64,000 nucleotides of DNA, taken from contig CAVYYZ010000008.1 of assembly GCA_963772835.1 (NCBI GenBank), forward strand, positions 64,001 to 128,000, written 5' to 3'. Position numbers and translations under genes: made by a program. Positions 53,006 through 63,624 of this stretch are shown in pieces. The stretch comes from an uncultured delta proteobacterium (GTDB taxonomy: Bacteria > Desulfobacterota > Desulfuromonadia > Geobacterales > Pseudopelobacteraceae). Every line of letters begins with the position of its first letter. Position 1 is the stretch's first letter. The notes beneath the pieces were generated by a model. That model saw nothing but the letters and a program-made list of their open reading frames with translations, had not been told where the DNA came from and searched no databases.

Positions 53006-54292
53006 TTACGCGATCAGTTTGAAACATCGGGCCGCTGCCGCAATCGTTTTTTCGATGTCTGAATCGCTATGGGCGGCTGAAACGAAGGCGGTCTCAAATT
53101 GAGAGGGAGCCAGATAGACCCCTTCATCCAGCATGCCGAGGAAATATTTTGCAAACGCCTTCGTATCGCACTTGCTGGCTGTTGGCCAGTCATGTACCTC
53201 GTCCTTGCTGAAGAAGGTACAAAACATACTGCCGACGCGGGTCGAGAAGATCGGATACCCGGCCATCTTTGCGGCATTGGCGATCCCACCGGATATCGCG
53301 CGACTCTTCTCTTCCAGTGCCGTGTAAAAGCCCGGCTGTTTGAGAATGTTCAGCGTTGCGATACCTGCCGACATGGCAAGCGGATTTCCTGACAATGTCC
53401 CCGCCTGGTACACTCCGCCTGATGGGGAGAGCTTTTCCATGATTTCGCGTTTGCCGCCGAAAGCGCCGACGGGGAGGCCCCCTCCGATGATCTTGCCGAG
53501 TGTCGTCATGTCCGGAGTAACGCCGTATAACTCCTGGGCACCGCCGTAGGCAACTCGAAAGCCGGACATGACTTCATCAAAAATCAGTACAATTCCCTCG
53601 TTGCTGCAGATTTCCCGAAGTCCTTCCAGAAATCCTTCACGCGGAGGAACTGTCCCCATATTGCCGGCGACCGGTTCAACGATGATACAGGCAATGGCAT
53701 CCCTGTTTTCGGTTACAAGCCTTCTGACAGAATCAAGCGAATTGAATTCCGCCGTGAGGGTGTGTTTGGCGACATCGGCCGGTACTCCCGGAGAGTCTGG
53801 TACGCCGAACGTGGCGGCGCCTGAACCGGCCTTGACCAGCAGGGCGTCGGAATGTCCGTGATAACAGCCGGAGAATTTCATTATTTTGTCACGCCCGGTG
53901 TATCCGCGAGCCAGTCTGATGGCGCTCATGGTCGCTTCAGTGCCGGAGCTGACCATGCGTACCATCTCAATTGAGGGGACTGCATCGATAACCATAGTGG
54001 CGAGAATGGTCTCCCGCTCTGTCGGGGCTCCAAAGCTTGCGCCGCTGGCCATGGTTTCCTGAACCGCCTTGATAACCTCGGGGTGGCAATGGCCGACAAT
54101 CATCGGCCCCCATGAGCCGACGTAATCGACAAAAGAATTGCCGTCTTCGTCATAAATGGTACATCCGGACGCCTTTTTGATGAAGAGCGGGTCTGCGCCG
54201 ACGGATTTGAAGGCGCGCACCGGGCTGTTGACGCCGCCGGGGATTGCTGCTTGAGCCTGCTGAAAAAGTAAGCTGGAACGTTCGTGATTCAT
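53006..54292 (-). CDS. hemL: glutamate-1-semialdehyde 2,1-aminomutase
   Basis: [52 protein letters not shown]. Confidence 0.98.
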   Translation of the reverse strand: MNHERSSLLFQQAQAAIPGGVNSPVRAFKSVGADPLFIKKASGCTIYDEDGNSFVDYVGSWGPMIVGHCHPEVIKAVQETMASGASFGAPTERETILATMVIDAVPSIEMVRMVSSGTEATMSAIRLARGYTGRDKIMKFSGCYHGHSDALLVKAGSGAATFGVPDSPGVPADVAKHTLTAEFNSLDSVRRLVTENRDAIACIIVEPVAGNMGTVPPREGFLEGLREICSNEGIVLIFDEVMSGFRVAYGGAQELYGVTPDMTTLGKIIGGGLPVGAFGGKREIMEKLSPSGGVYQAGTLSGNPLAMSAGIATLNILKQPGFYTALEEKSRAISGGIANAAKMAGYPIFSTRVGSMFCTFFSKDEVHDWPTASKCDTKAFAKYFLGMLDEGVYLAPSQFETAFVSAAHSDSDIEKTIAAAARCFKLIA

Positions 54293-54450
54293 GGCAAAAC
54301 CTCATGTCTCGAATGGTATGGTTTCCGGGGTAATAGAAGAGGCATAACTATCACGCAGTCTATAAACGTGTCAATGGTAAAGTAGTAATTTCATTATATT
54401 TTAGAACACTGTGTCCAACATTTATGTTTTAAACAGGGACAAAAAAACTG

Positions 54451-54503
54451 TTGACAAAGAAAAGCAAATAAACTATTCAATGCAACGTTTGTATACAGTA
54501 TAC
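54451..54503 (+). promoter_or_regulatory. putative nuo promoter with downstream tandem GTATAC operator
   Basis: TTGACA-17bp-TATTCA followed by GTATAC-A-GTATAC (54491-54503). Confidence 0.45.
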
Positions 54504-54526
54504 CGTTCGCAGTAAGGAGGATTTTA

Positions 54527-54883
54527 ATGCTTGGTGCATACCTGCCAATACTTCTTTTAGTAATCGTGGCAATAGGTTTCGGGCTTGTGTCCCTTGTCAT
54601 GTCATCCCTGATTGGCCAGAAAAAACCCTCAAAGCTGAAACTGCAGCCGTACGAAAGTGGCTGTGACCCTGTCGGAACCGCCCGCGAACGCTACTCAATC
54701 AAGTTTTACCTGATTGCCATGATGTTCATCCTGTTCGATATCGAGGCAGTGTTCCTGTACCCATGGGCCATCCTGTACAAAAAACTGGGCGTTTTCGGTC
54801 TGGTTGAGATGGGGGTTTTCATTGTCATTCTTTTTGTTGGTTATATTTATGTCTGGAAAAAAGGAGCGCTGGAATGGGAGTAG
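54527..54883 (+). CDS. nuoA: NADH-quinone oxidoreductase subunit A
   Basis: PYESG, FILFDIE, KKGALEW. Confidence 0.97.
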   Translation: MLGAYLPILLLVIVAIGFGLVSLVMSSLIGQKKPSKLKLQPYESGCDPVGTARERYSIKFYLIAMMFILFDIEAVFLYPWAILYKKLGVFGLVEMGVFIVILFVGYIYVWKKGALEWE

Positions 54884-55389
54884 ACAATCCGCTTGGCGAT
54901 AACGTTATCACCACGTCACTGGACCTTTTGGTTAACTGGTCCCGGAAGTCATCCATCTGGCCGATGACCTTTGGTCTGGCCTGTTGTGCAATAGAAATGA
55001 TGGCAACCGGTGCATCCCACAACGACCTGGACCGCTTCGGTATCATATTCCGCGCATCACCCCGCCAGTCTGACTGCATTATCATTGCCGGGACCGTTAC
55101 CAAAAAAATGCTGCCGGTTATCAAGACTGTCTATGAGCAGATGCCTGAGCCGAAATGGGTTATTGCCATGGGAGCCTGCGCCTGTTCCGGCGGAATTTTT
55201 GACACCTACAGTGTTGTTCAGGGCATTGACGAGGCTCTGCCCGTCGATGTCTACATCCCCGGCTGTCCTCCCCGTCCCGAGGCGCTTTTGTTCGGTCTGA
55301 TGAAACTGCAGGACAAGATCATGAAGGAACGCAACTCATTCGGGTCTGCTATCGGACTGGGTGAACGCTATATTCCGGAAGCAGCCTGA
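54874..55389 (+). CDS. nuoB: NADH-quinone oxidoreductase subunit B
   Basis: [24 protein letters not shown]. Confidence 0.98.
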   Translation: MGVDNPLGDNVITTSLDLLVNWSRKSSIWPMTFGLACCAIEMMATGASHNDLDRFGIIFRASPRQSDCIIIAGTVTKKMLPVIKTVYEQMPEPKWVIAMGACACSGGIFDTYSVVQGIDEALPVDVYIPGCPPRPEALLFGLMKLQDKIMKERNSFGSAIGLGERYIPEAA

Positions 55390-55445
55390 CCTGTTCAGTA
55401 CTTTCAGTAAACGTACACACAAATCCCACAAAAGGGTTGGATATC

Positions 55446-55934
55446 ATGGCAGAAAACAATCGAGCAGTACTGGAATTGAAGGGAAAGTTTGCCGCCTCAA
55501 TTATTGATGTAGTCGAGTTCAGGGGAGAAGTGACGGTAACCGTAGCAAAGGATGCCATTATTGAAATCCTTTCGTTCCTCAAACAGTCGCTTCAATACAA
55601 CCTGCTGACTGACCTCACGGCAGTTGATTATCTGGGGAAGAAGGAAGAGCGCTTCATGATGGTGTACCTGCTCTACTCAATCCCCAACAAAGACCGCCTG
55701 CGTATTAAAACGCCGGTTTCAGAAGCTGAATGCAGCATACCGACGGCAACCACCGTATGGAAAACTGCTAACTGGCTGGAGCGTGAAGTATTCGACCTTT
55801 TCGGTATTACGTTCAGCGGCCATCCCGATCTCCGGCGTATCCTTATGACCGATGACTGGGTGGGGCATCCGCTGCGCAAAGACTATCCGTTACAGGGACC
55901 TGACCGTGAACCCTACAAAGGGCGTTTGTCATAG
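55446..55934 (+). CDS. nuoC: NADH-quinone oxidoreductase subunit C
   Basis: WLEREVFDLFG, GHPDLRRIL, GHPLRKDYP. Confidence 0.97.
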   Translation: MAENNRAVLELKGKFAASIIDVVEFRGEVTVTVAKDAIIEILSFLKQSLQYNLLTDLTAVDYLGKKEERFMMVYLLYSIPNKDRLRIKTPVSEAECSIPTATTVWKTANWLEREVFDLFGITFSGHPDLRRILMTDDWVGHPLRKDYPLQGPDREPYKGRLS

Positions 55935-55977
55935 TTTACTACATCGGTTTGTAATTCGATCATAGAAGAGGCGATAC

Positions 55978-57150
55978 ATGGCTGCTACTGAAACAATGAC
56001 ACTAAATATGGGCCCACAGCACCCCAGTACCCATGGGGTTCTGCGGCTCGTTCTTGAGCTTGACGGCGAGGTGATCGTCAAGGTTACCCCTCATATCGGC
56101 TTTCTGCATCGCGGTGTTGAAAAGCTGTCTGAGCATCGTACCTATCACCAGATCCTGCCGCTGACCGATCGCCTCGACTACCTGGCGCCCATGAGCAACA
56201 ATCTCGGGTATATCCTGACGGTTGAAAAACTGATGGCGGTTGAGGTGCCTGAACGCGCTGAAACGATCCGGATAATTATGGCCGAACTGACCCGGCTTGA
56301 GTCGCATCTTGTCTGGCTTGCCTGCCATGCTCTTGATATCGGTGCCATGACTGTATTTATCTATGCGTTCCGCGAGCGTGAAACGGTTATGGAGATTTAC
56401 GAAATGATCTCCGGTGCCCGCATGACTTCGAACTTTTTCCGTGTCGGCGGACTTTCGCAGGATGTACCGGAAGGATTTGTAAAAAAAGTCGGTGACTTTA
56501 TCGACTCCATGCCCGGCTACCTTGATCAATATGAAGGCCTGTTGACAACCAACCCTATCTGGCTTAAGCGTACGGTCGGAAATGGTGTGATTTCGGCTGA
56601 AGACGCCATCGATATCGGTCTCACCGGCCCGGCTCTCCGAGGTTCCGGCGTTGATCTTGACCTGCGCCGTGACAACTCATACTGCGGCTATGACAAGTAC
56701 CAGTTTGCGGTGCCGACCGGCAAAAACTGCGACACGTTTGACCGGTACAAAGTCCGTCTGATTGAGATGCGTGAAGCCTGCAAAATTGTACGTCAGGGTC
56801 TTGACAGACTCAAGCCGGGCCCGGTACTCGCCGATTGTCCGCAGGTCTGCTACCCGCCCAAGGAAAACGTTTACAACAGCATTGAGGGACTGATTCACCA
56901 TTTCAAAATTGCTTCTGAAGGTTTTGCTGCACCGGAAGGTGAAGTCTATCAGGGAGTGGAGGCGCCAAAAGGCGAACTCGGTTTTTATATCGTCAGCGAT
57001 GGCGGCAATAAACCGGAGCGTTTGAGGATCCGCCCTCCTTCGTTTGTGAATCTGCAGGCCATCGAGCAGATGAGCGTAGGTACCATGATTGCTGACCTGG
57101 TTGCCGTAATCGGTACTCTGGATATCGTTCTTGGTGAAATAGACAGATAA
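55978..57150 (+). CDS. nuoD: NADH-quinone oxidoreductase subunit D
   Basis: GPQHPSTHGVLRL, LHRGVEK, EAPKGE, DIVLGEIDR. Confidence 0.98.
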   Translation: MAATETMTLNMGPQHPSTHGVLRLVLELDGEVIVKVTPHIGFLHRGVEKLSEHRTYHQILPLTDRLDYLAPMSNNLGYILTVEKLMAVEVPERAETIRIIMAELTRLESHLVWLACHALDIGAMTVFIYAFRERETVMEIYEMISGARMTSNFFRVGGLSQDVPEGFVKKVGDFIDSMPGYLDQYEGLLTTNPIWLKRTVGNGVISAEDAIDIGLTGPALRGSGVDLDLRRDNSYCGYDKYQFAVPTGKNCDTFDRYKVRLIEMREACKIVRQGLDRLKPGPVLADCPQVCYPPKENVYNSIEGLIHHFKIASEGFAAPEGEVYQGVEAPKGELGFYIVSDGGNKPERLRIRPPSFVNLQAIEQMSVGTMIADLVAVIGTLDIVLGEIDR

Positions 57151-57179
57151 CTCCGCACGATTCAAAGGAGATGGGGCGC

Positions 57180-57692
57180 ATGAGTGACGTAGCAGCGCAG
57201 CAGGACACAGAGCAGCAGCCGGAAATAGACCTATCCATAGCCGATGCTGTTATCGACAAATATATAGACATTCCCGGGAACCTGATGCCGGTGCTTCAAG
57301 GGGTTCAGGATGAGTATGGATACATTCCACGTGTTGTCGCCGATCATATCGCCGAACGCCTGAATGTCTACCCGAGCCAGATTTACGGTGTCCTCACATT
57401 CTATTCGCAGTTTCACCTCAAGCCACGCGGCAAGTTTATAATCAGGGTCTGTGTCGGAACCGCTTGTCATGTTCAGGGTGCAACCCGAATAGTTGATACC
57501 TTTTTTGAAAAGCTACATATCGGTCATGCAGAGACTTCTCCGGATCTTCGCTATACCTTTGAAAAGGTCGCATGTCTTGGGGCCTGCGGGATGGCACCAT
57601 TGGCAATGGTTAACGACTCAACTTACGGCGCAATGACGGTACAGAAAGTCGAAGAAATCGTAGCTGATTACAACCAGAGACCAATGAAGTAG
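57180..57692 (+). CDS. nuoE: NADH-quinone oxidoreductase subunit E
   Basis: CVGTACH...CLGACGMAP 2Fe-2S motif; start at 57171 or 57180. Confidence 0.93.
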   Translation: MSDVAAQQDTEQQPEIDLSIADAVIDKYIDIPGNLMPVLQGVQDEYGYIPRVVADHIAERLNVYPSQIYGVLTFYSQFHLKPRGKFIIRVCVGTACHVQGATRIVDTFFEKLHIGHAETSPDLRYTFEKVACLGACGMAPLAMVNDSTYGAMTVQKVEEIVADYNQRPMK

Positions 57693-57731
57693 CACGCAGC
57701 TCGAAACTATCCAGCAGGGGACAATTGAGTC

Positions 57732-59513
57732 ATGAGCGAAAACTCAGGAATACAGATTCTTATCTGCCAGGGAACTGGCGGAATTTCGATGGGTGCCAAA
57801 GAAGTTGAGGCGGCTTTTATACAGTTGCTCGCTGAAAAGGGTGTAGACGCAATTGTCGGCAAACGCTGTGACGTCATAAAAACCGGCTGTCGCGGATTGT
57901 GTGCCAATGATGTTCTGGTCGATATTATTACTCCTGAACAGGGGCGTGTGACCTACGACTTCGTTAAGCCTGAAGAAGTAGAAAGAATTATTGACGAACA
58001 CATCGTCAATAAGGAAATTATCGAAAAGAGAAAAGCCAAGCCATATTATAACCAGTTTGTCGATGCCCAGATGCGCGTTGTCATGACCGGCTGCGGTCAG
58101 ATCGATCCTGACAGTATTGACGCCTATAAAAACGAAGATGGTTTTAAAGCGATTGAAAAATGCATCAAGAGCATGAAGCCGGAAGAGGTTATCGACGAAG
58201 TCAAGAAGTCCGGCCTGCGTGGCCGGGGCGGCGGCGGATTCCCTACCGGTATGAAGTGGTCTTTCTGCAAGGCGTCTCCCGGTGATCACAAATATCTGAT
58301 CTGTAATGCAGATGAAGGCGACCCGGGTGCGTTCATGGACCGGTCCCTGCTCGAAGGCGACCCGTACTGCATCATCGAGGGGATGATGATTGCCGCCTAT
58401 GCTATCGGGTGCGACTTTGGTTATGTGTATGTTCGTGCCGAGTATCCTCTGGCCGTTCAACGTCTCCAGCACGCCATTGATGTCTGCTACGAAAAAGGGT
58501 ACCTCGGCAAGAACATTCAGGGATGGGGACTCGACTTCGACATGCGCATCAAGATGGGTGCCGGCGCGTTTGTCTGCGGTGAAGAAACCGCCCTGATGGC
58601 CTCTATTGAAGGGTTTCGCGGCATGAGCCGCCCACGCCCTCCATTTCCGGCTGTGCGCGGTTTGTGGGGTAAGCCGACCAACATCAATAACGTGGAGACC
58701 TTCGGAAACGTTCGCCATATCATTAACAAAGGTGGTGAATGGTACGCCTCACTCGGTACCGAAACAACCAAGGGAACCAAGATCTTTGCCGTTACCGGCA
58801 AGGTCAAGCATACCGGACTGGTGGAAGTCCCGGCCGGTATGAAAATCCGTGAAGTCATCTATGACGTCTGCGGCGGCATCGCCAATAATCGTAAATTCAA
58901 GGCCGTACAGGCCGGTGGACCCTCAGGTGGCTGCATCCCGGCTGAAATTCTTGATACCCCTGTTGACTACGACTCACTGATAAAAGCAGGTGCCATGATG
59001 GGATCAGGCGGCCTGGTTGTCATGGATGAAACCACCTGTATGGTTGACGTGTCCCGTTTCTTCCTCAATTTCACCAGAATGGAATCCTGCGGCAAGTGCG
59101 TTCCCTGCCGTATCGGTCTGAAGGTCATGCTTGATATTCTTGAGCGTATCACCGAGGGTCGTGGCGAACCATCCGATATCGAGACGCTCCAGGACCTGGG
59201 TATTGCCATCAAAAAAGCATCACTCTGCGGTCTTGGCCAGACAGCGCCTAATCCGATTCTTTCTACTATAAACTATTTCCGCCATGAATACGAAGCTCAT
59301 ATAAATGAGAAACGCTGCCCTTCCAACTGCTGTAAATCACTTCTTCTCTGGCAGGTTGTTGAGGATAAATGTGTCAAGTGCGGTGCCTGCAAAAAGGTCT
59401 GCCCTGTCGATGCAATTGTCTGGGAAAAAGGGCAGCTGGCCTATCTGGACAAGGAAAAATGCACAAAATGTACATCCTGCTACGACGCCTGCCGCTTTAT
59501 GGCTCTTGAATAG
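57732..59513 (+). CDS. nuoF: NADH-quinone oxidoreductase subunit F (HydB/HndC-like architecture)
   Basis: SGLRGRGGGGFPTG, CNADEGDPG, CGEETAL, ESCGKCVPCR; extra N-terminal thioredoxin-like domain and C-terminal 2x[4Fe-4S] domain. Confidence 0.92.
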   Translation: MSENSGIQILICQGTGGISMGAKEVEAAFIQLLAEKGVDAIVGKRCDVIKTGCRGLCANDVLVDIITPEQGRVTYDFVKPEEVERIIDEHIVNKEIIEKRKAKPYYNQFVDAQMRVVMTGCGQIDPDSIDAYKNEDGFKAIEKCIKSMKPEEVIDEVKKSGLRGRGGGGFPTGMKWSFCKASPGDHKYLICNADEGDPGAFMDRSLLEGDPYCIIEGMMIAAYAIGCDFGYVYVRAEYPLAVQRLQHAIDVCYEKGYLGKNIQGWGLDFDMRIKMGAGAFVCGEETALMASIEGFRGMSRPRPPFPAVRGLWGKPTNINNVETFGNVRHIINKGGEWYASLGTETTKGTKIFAVTGKVKHTGLVEVPAGMKIREVIYDVCGGIANNRKFKAVQAGGPSGGCIPAEILDTPVDYDSLIKAGAMMGSGGLVVMDETTCMVDVSRFFLNFTRMESCGKCVPCRIGLKVMLDILERITEGRGEPSDIETLQDLGIAIKKASLCGLGQTAPNPILSTINYFRHEYEAHINEKRCPSNCCKSLLLWQVVEDKCVKCGACKKVCPVDAIVWEKGQLAYLDKEKCTKCTSCYDACRFMALE

Positions 59514-59559
59514 AATACAATCACGCACACACGGTCAAACTCACTGAACAGAGGTTGAG

Positions 59560-62034
59560 ATGGTAAATCTTACAATAGATGACAAGCAGGTTACTGCACC
59601 AAAAAGTGCGACGATTTATGAAGCGGCCAAGATGAGTGGTATTAAAATACCGATTTTGTGCCACGATAAAAAGCTGAAGCCTTTCGGCGCGTGCCGCATG
59701 TGTCTGGTTGAAGTAGAACAGATGAAAGGGCGTCAGATTCCAGCCTGTACCACTCCGGTCACAGAGGGGATGATTATCCGTACCTCGACTCCGGATATCG
59801 TCAAGGCCCGTAAAATGGTGTTGGAACTGTTACTGCTCAATCACCCGCTTGATTGTCCCGTATGTGATAAATCCGGTGACTGCGATCTGCAGAACCTGAC
59901 ATATGAGTATAAAGTAAACAGCAACCGCTTCAGTGATGAAAAGTTCAACCATGAAATTGACTACAATAATCCGCTGATCGAACGCGATATGAACCGCTGC
60001 GTACTGTGCGGTAAATGTGCCCGAATATGTGATGAAATAGTCGGTTACGGCGCGTTGACATTTATCGATCGCGGTATTGAAACAAAAATCGGTTGTGAAT
60101 TTGAAGACGGGCTAAATTGCGAGTTCTGCGGTTCTTGTATTGCAGTCTGTCCGGTTGGGTCATTGCTGGCACGTCCATTTAAACACAAAGCCCGCTTCTG
60201 GGCGATGACCAAGCACACTTCTGTGTGCGGGTATTGCGGAACCGGCTGCAATCTGACACTTGGTGTGAAGGACAACAAGGTTCTGACAACAATTTATGAC
60301 GAAGAACAGGGATTTCATAAAGGACAGTTGTGTGTCCGCGGCCGTTTCGGCTATCAGTTTATCAACAGCACTCAGCGCCTTACAAAACCGCTGGTGAGAA
60401 AAAACGGCGTACTGGATGAGTCAACATGGGATGAAGCCCTTGGACTGATCGCCGCACGTCTTACGGGTGGTTCTGCCGTCGCTGCGCTGGCAACACCGCG
60501 TCTGACCAATGAAGAACTTGCTCTTTTTAAAAAATTACTGACGGAGAATGTCGGCACAAAGAATTTTGATCATGCTGCCGGATACGCTCATTCAGCACTG
60601 ACCGAAGGTTTTACCCGCAGTTTCGGGTCGAGCGCCTCATCTGCAAGTATTCTTGATATTCAAAAAAGCGACCTGCTGATTGTTATAAAGACAGATGCGT
60701 ATGAAACGCATCCGGTTGTTGGTTTTGAAATCAACATGGCTGTAAAGAATAAGGGCGCAAAACTGACAATACTTTCTGACAAACGCGGGAAACTCTCGAA
60801 ACTGCCGGATGCCAGGACTCTGGTTCACCTCCCCGGAAGTGAAGTCTCCGTTCTGAATGCGATAGCAAAAACTATTTTAGACGAGAAGCTGACTGACGGT
60901 ACCGCCGCATCTGTGCCTGGCTACGCTGACCTGGAAAAAGCTTTGTCCGCCTTTAATGCAGACGAGATTGCAACTCAGTGCGGTGTAGCAGTTGCCGACA
61001 TCAAAAAACTGGCTGGTGAGTATGCCGCTGCCGGGAAGGCTCTGATCATTTTCCCGGTCGGTCAGGGGTACACCGGACATACCGCTGATCTGGCAACTGC
61101 GATTGCAAATCTGGCGATTCTGACCGGAAAATTTGATAAAGAAGGGTGCGGTGTACTCTGCCTTTCCGAAAAAAATAACAGCCAGGGTGCTGTCGATATG
61201 GGTTTTTATGCCAAGGATGGCGGCTTGAAAGGCGCACAGATTCTGGATGCCTGTACGAGCGGTGCAGTCAAGACGCTCTTTGTTGCAGGTGAAAACCCGA
61301 TGACATCCTACCCTAACCGCAGCAAAGTCAAGGCTGCTCTTGATGCGGTCGAATTCCTGGTTGTATCGGAGATGTTCCTGACTGAAACGGCTGCGATGGC
61401 GGATGTTGTCCTGCCAGTCTGCTCGTTCGCCGAGAAAGAAGGTACATTCACCAGCACGGACCGCCGTGTTCAGTACTTCAAGCCGGCTATCCGCAAGAAT
61501 ATGCAGCTCAAAACTGACTTTGAAATATTCTCGGATTTGATTACCCGATTGGGTGCGCAGGCGCCGTCATCATCTGCAGCACAGTTTAGTGAAATCGCTG
61601 CAAACACCCCTGGATATCAGGGTATGAGTTATGTGTCTCTTCGAGGAGAGGGTGCTTTTGCTCCGGTTGCTACCAGAGTCGCACTTGTTGTCCCGCACGA
61701 GGAGACCTCACCCGCCACTGAAACCGGCACGCTGGCCCTGGTTACCGGCAGCGCACTGTACCATAACGGCACGCTGTCGCAGTACGGAGAAGGGCCGATG
61801 CATGTCTGCCCGGAGGGGTATGTAGAACTCTCCCGCAGTGATGCTGCCGCATTCAAGATATCAGAAAACGATCTGATTACCGTGACTTCAGAAACGGGAA
61901 GCATACAGCTTAAAGCCAGAGTAACCCCACGTATGCCTGCCGGTGTTGTATTCGCACCGTATCATTTCTCTGCTGCTCCGATTAATACCATCTGGAGCGG
62001 GTCGCCGGTAACGCGGGTTACGCTGGCTAAATAG
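59560..62034 (+). CDS. nuoG: NADH-quinone oxidoreductase subunit G (FDH-alpha-like fold)
   Basis: GACRMC, HPLDCPVCDKSGDC, CVLCGKC, CEFCGSC, CGYCGTGC; molybdopterin-oxidoreductase-like C-terminus. Confidence 0.92.
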   Translation: MVNLTIDDKQVTAPKSATIYEAAKMSGIKIPILCHDKKLKPFGACRMCLVEVEQMKGRQIPACTTPVTEGMIIRTSTPDIVKARKMVLELLLLNHPLDCPVCDKSGDCDLQNLTYEYKVNSNRFSDEKFNHEIDYNNPLIERDMNRCVLCGKCARICDEIVGYGALTFIDRGIETKIGCEFEDGLNCEFCGSCIAVCPVGSLLARPFKHKARFWAMTKHTSVCGYCGTGCNLTLGVKDNKVLTTIYDEEQGFHKGQLCVRGRFGYQFINSTQRLTKPLVRKNGVLDESTWDEALGLIAARLTGGSAVAALATPRLTNEELALFKKLLTENVGTKNFDHAAGYAHSALTEGFTRSFGSSASSASILDIQKSDLLIVIKTDAYETHPVVGFEINMAVKNKGAKLTILSDKRGKLSKLPDARTLVHLPGSEVSVLNAIAKTILDEKLTDGTAASVPGYADLEKALSAFNADEIATQCGVAVADIKKLAGEYAAAGKALIIFPVGQGYTGHTADLATAIANLAILTGKFDKEGCGVLCLSEKNNSQGAVDMGFYAKDGGLKGAQILDACTSGAVKTLFVAGENPMTSYPNRSKVKAALDAVEFLVVSEMFLTETAAMADVVLPVCSFAEKEGTFTSTDRRVQYFKPAIRKNMQLKTDFEIFSDLITRLGAQAPSSSAAQFSEIAANTPGYQGMSYVSLRGEGAFAPVATRVALVVPHEETSPATETGTLALVTGSALYHNGTLSQYGEGPMHVCPEGYVELSRSDAAAFKISENDLITVTSETGSIQLKARVTPRMPAGVVFAPYHFSAAPINTIWSGSPVTRVTLAK

Positions 62035-62098
62035 AGGAAGTTACAGATATTAACCGGACAAAATTACTTATTTCACACAAGCAAAGAGAGAGGGACAG

Positions 62099-63163
62099 AT
62101 GGGAATCGAGATATTAGGACTGCCGATGATGTATTACATCGCCATGGTTGCCAAGGTCCTGGTGGCGTTTGTCTTCGTGCTGCTGACCGTGGCATATGCC
62201 ACGTACGCTGAGCGCAAGATCATCGGCCATATGCAGGTTCGCCTTGGACCTATGCGTACCGGCTGGCATGGTCTGCTGCAGCCGATCGCCGACGGCGTCA
62301 AGCTTTTCTTCAAAGAAGAGATTATTCCTTCACAGGCGAGTACATTTGCATTTCTGATCGCGCCGTTGATAGCTCTTATACCTGCGTTCATAACCTTTGC
62401 TGTCATTCCGTTCGGTGGCACAATCGAAGTTATGGGCTACAAGATCCCGCTGCAAATTGCCGCATACTATGACACGGCTGCCGGTCAGGTATTCGATGTC
62501 AATGTCGGTGTCCTCTATATTCTTGCCATGTCATCACTTGGTGTTTACGGCATCGTACTGGCCGGCTGGGCATCAAACAGCAAGTATTCTCTGATGGGCG
62601 GACTGCGGGCATCGGCTCAAATGATATCATATGAGCTCGCTGCGGGATTATCAATTATCTCCGTGTTCATGCTCTCCGGCACTCTTTCGCTGACTCAAAT
62701 AGTAAACCTTCAGTCCGGTTTTGGCGGTTTTGAATGGTATCTGTTTAAACAGCCTCTTGCGGCTTTGATGTTTTTTATCTGTTCGCTTGCCGAAATCAAC
62801 CGTACACCGTTCGACCTTCCGGAGGCTGAGACAGAACTCGTTTCAGGATTCTGCACTGAATATTCTTCAATGAAATATGCCATGTTCTTCATGGCGGAAT
62901 ATGCAAATATGGTAACAGTCTGTGCGTTGACCGTAACACTGTTTCTTGGTGGCTGGAACGGGCCGTTTACGGCCGCCATGCCGCTTCTTGGACCGGTATA
63001 CTTCGTTGCAAAAGTGTACTTCCTGATGTTTGTATGTATGTGGATCCGTGCAACACTGCCACGCTACCGATATGATCAGTTAATGCACCTTGGCTGGAAA
63101 GTATTTATTCCTGTGGCACTTGTAAACATAGTGGTTACAGGAATCATCGGCTACTTTATTTAA
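62099..63163 (+). CDS. nuoH: NADH-quinone oxidoreductase subunit H
   Basis: ERKIIGHMQVRLGP, QPIADGVK, RTPFDLPEAETEL, PRYRYDQL. Confidence 0.98.
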   Translation: MGIEILGLPMMYYIAMVAKVLVAFVFVLLTVAYATYAERKIIGHMQVRLGPMRTGWHGLLQPIADGVKLFFKEEIIPSQASTFAFLIAPLIALIPAFITFAVIPFGGTIEVMGYKIPLQIAAYYDTAAGQVFDVNVGVLYILAMSSLGVYGIVLAGWASNSKYSLMGGLRASAQMISYELAAGLSIISVFMLSGTLSLTQIVNLQSGFGGFEWYLFKQPLAALMFFICSLAEINRTPFDLPEAETELVSGFCTEYSSMKYAMFFMAEYANMVTVCALTVTLFLGGWNGPFTAAMPLLGPVYFVAKVYFLMFVCMWIRATLPRYRYDQLMHLGWKVFIPVALVNIVVTGIIGYFI

Positions 63164-63208
63164 GACCCGCTGAATGAGCAACGTTATTTCAGAGACGAGG
63201 ATGAACAT

Positions 63209-63610
63209 ATGAATCCGATTACACCGATTTTAAACGGCATGAAAATTACATTGAAACATATGTTCATGAAGCCGGTGACTTTGCAGTACCCGACTGAACG
63301 TCCCAAAGTCGAGGCCCGCTTTCGCGGTCTGCACGCACTTAATGTATCGCATGACAAGGCCAAGTGCGTGGCGTGCTACCTCTGTCCGACCGTCTGCCCG
63401 GCAAAATGTATCACTGTCGAGGCTGCAGAGGATGCAAATCATGACAAATACGCTTCAGTATATGAGATCGACATGCTGCGCTGCATCTTCTGCGGTTACT
63501 GTGTTGAAGCCTGCCCGGTCGATGCCATCCGGATGACCGGAGAGTTCGAACTGGCCAATTATAATCGCCAGGACTTCATCTACTCAAAAGATCGTCTCTT
63601 AGAAAAGTAA
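63209..63610 (+). CDS. nuoI: NADH-quinone oxidoreductase subunit I
   Basis: CVACYLCPTVCP, CIFCGYCVEACP. Confidence 0.97.
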   Translation: MNPITPILNGMKITLKHMFMKPVTLQYPTERPKVEARFRGLHALNVSHDKAKCVACYLCPTVCPAKCITVEAAEDANHDKYASVYEIDMLRCIFCGYCVEACPVDAIRMTGEFELANYNRQDFIYSKDRLLEK

Positions 63611-63624
63611 TAAAGGAGCAGTGC

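Noticed and set aside
59560..62034. Formate dehydrogenase or selenoprotein
   Set aside because: Lies within the nuo operon, has no in-frame TGA, and shows no obvious Cys/Sec-His active-site motif; called NuoG.
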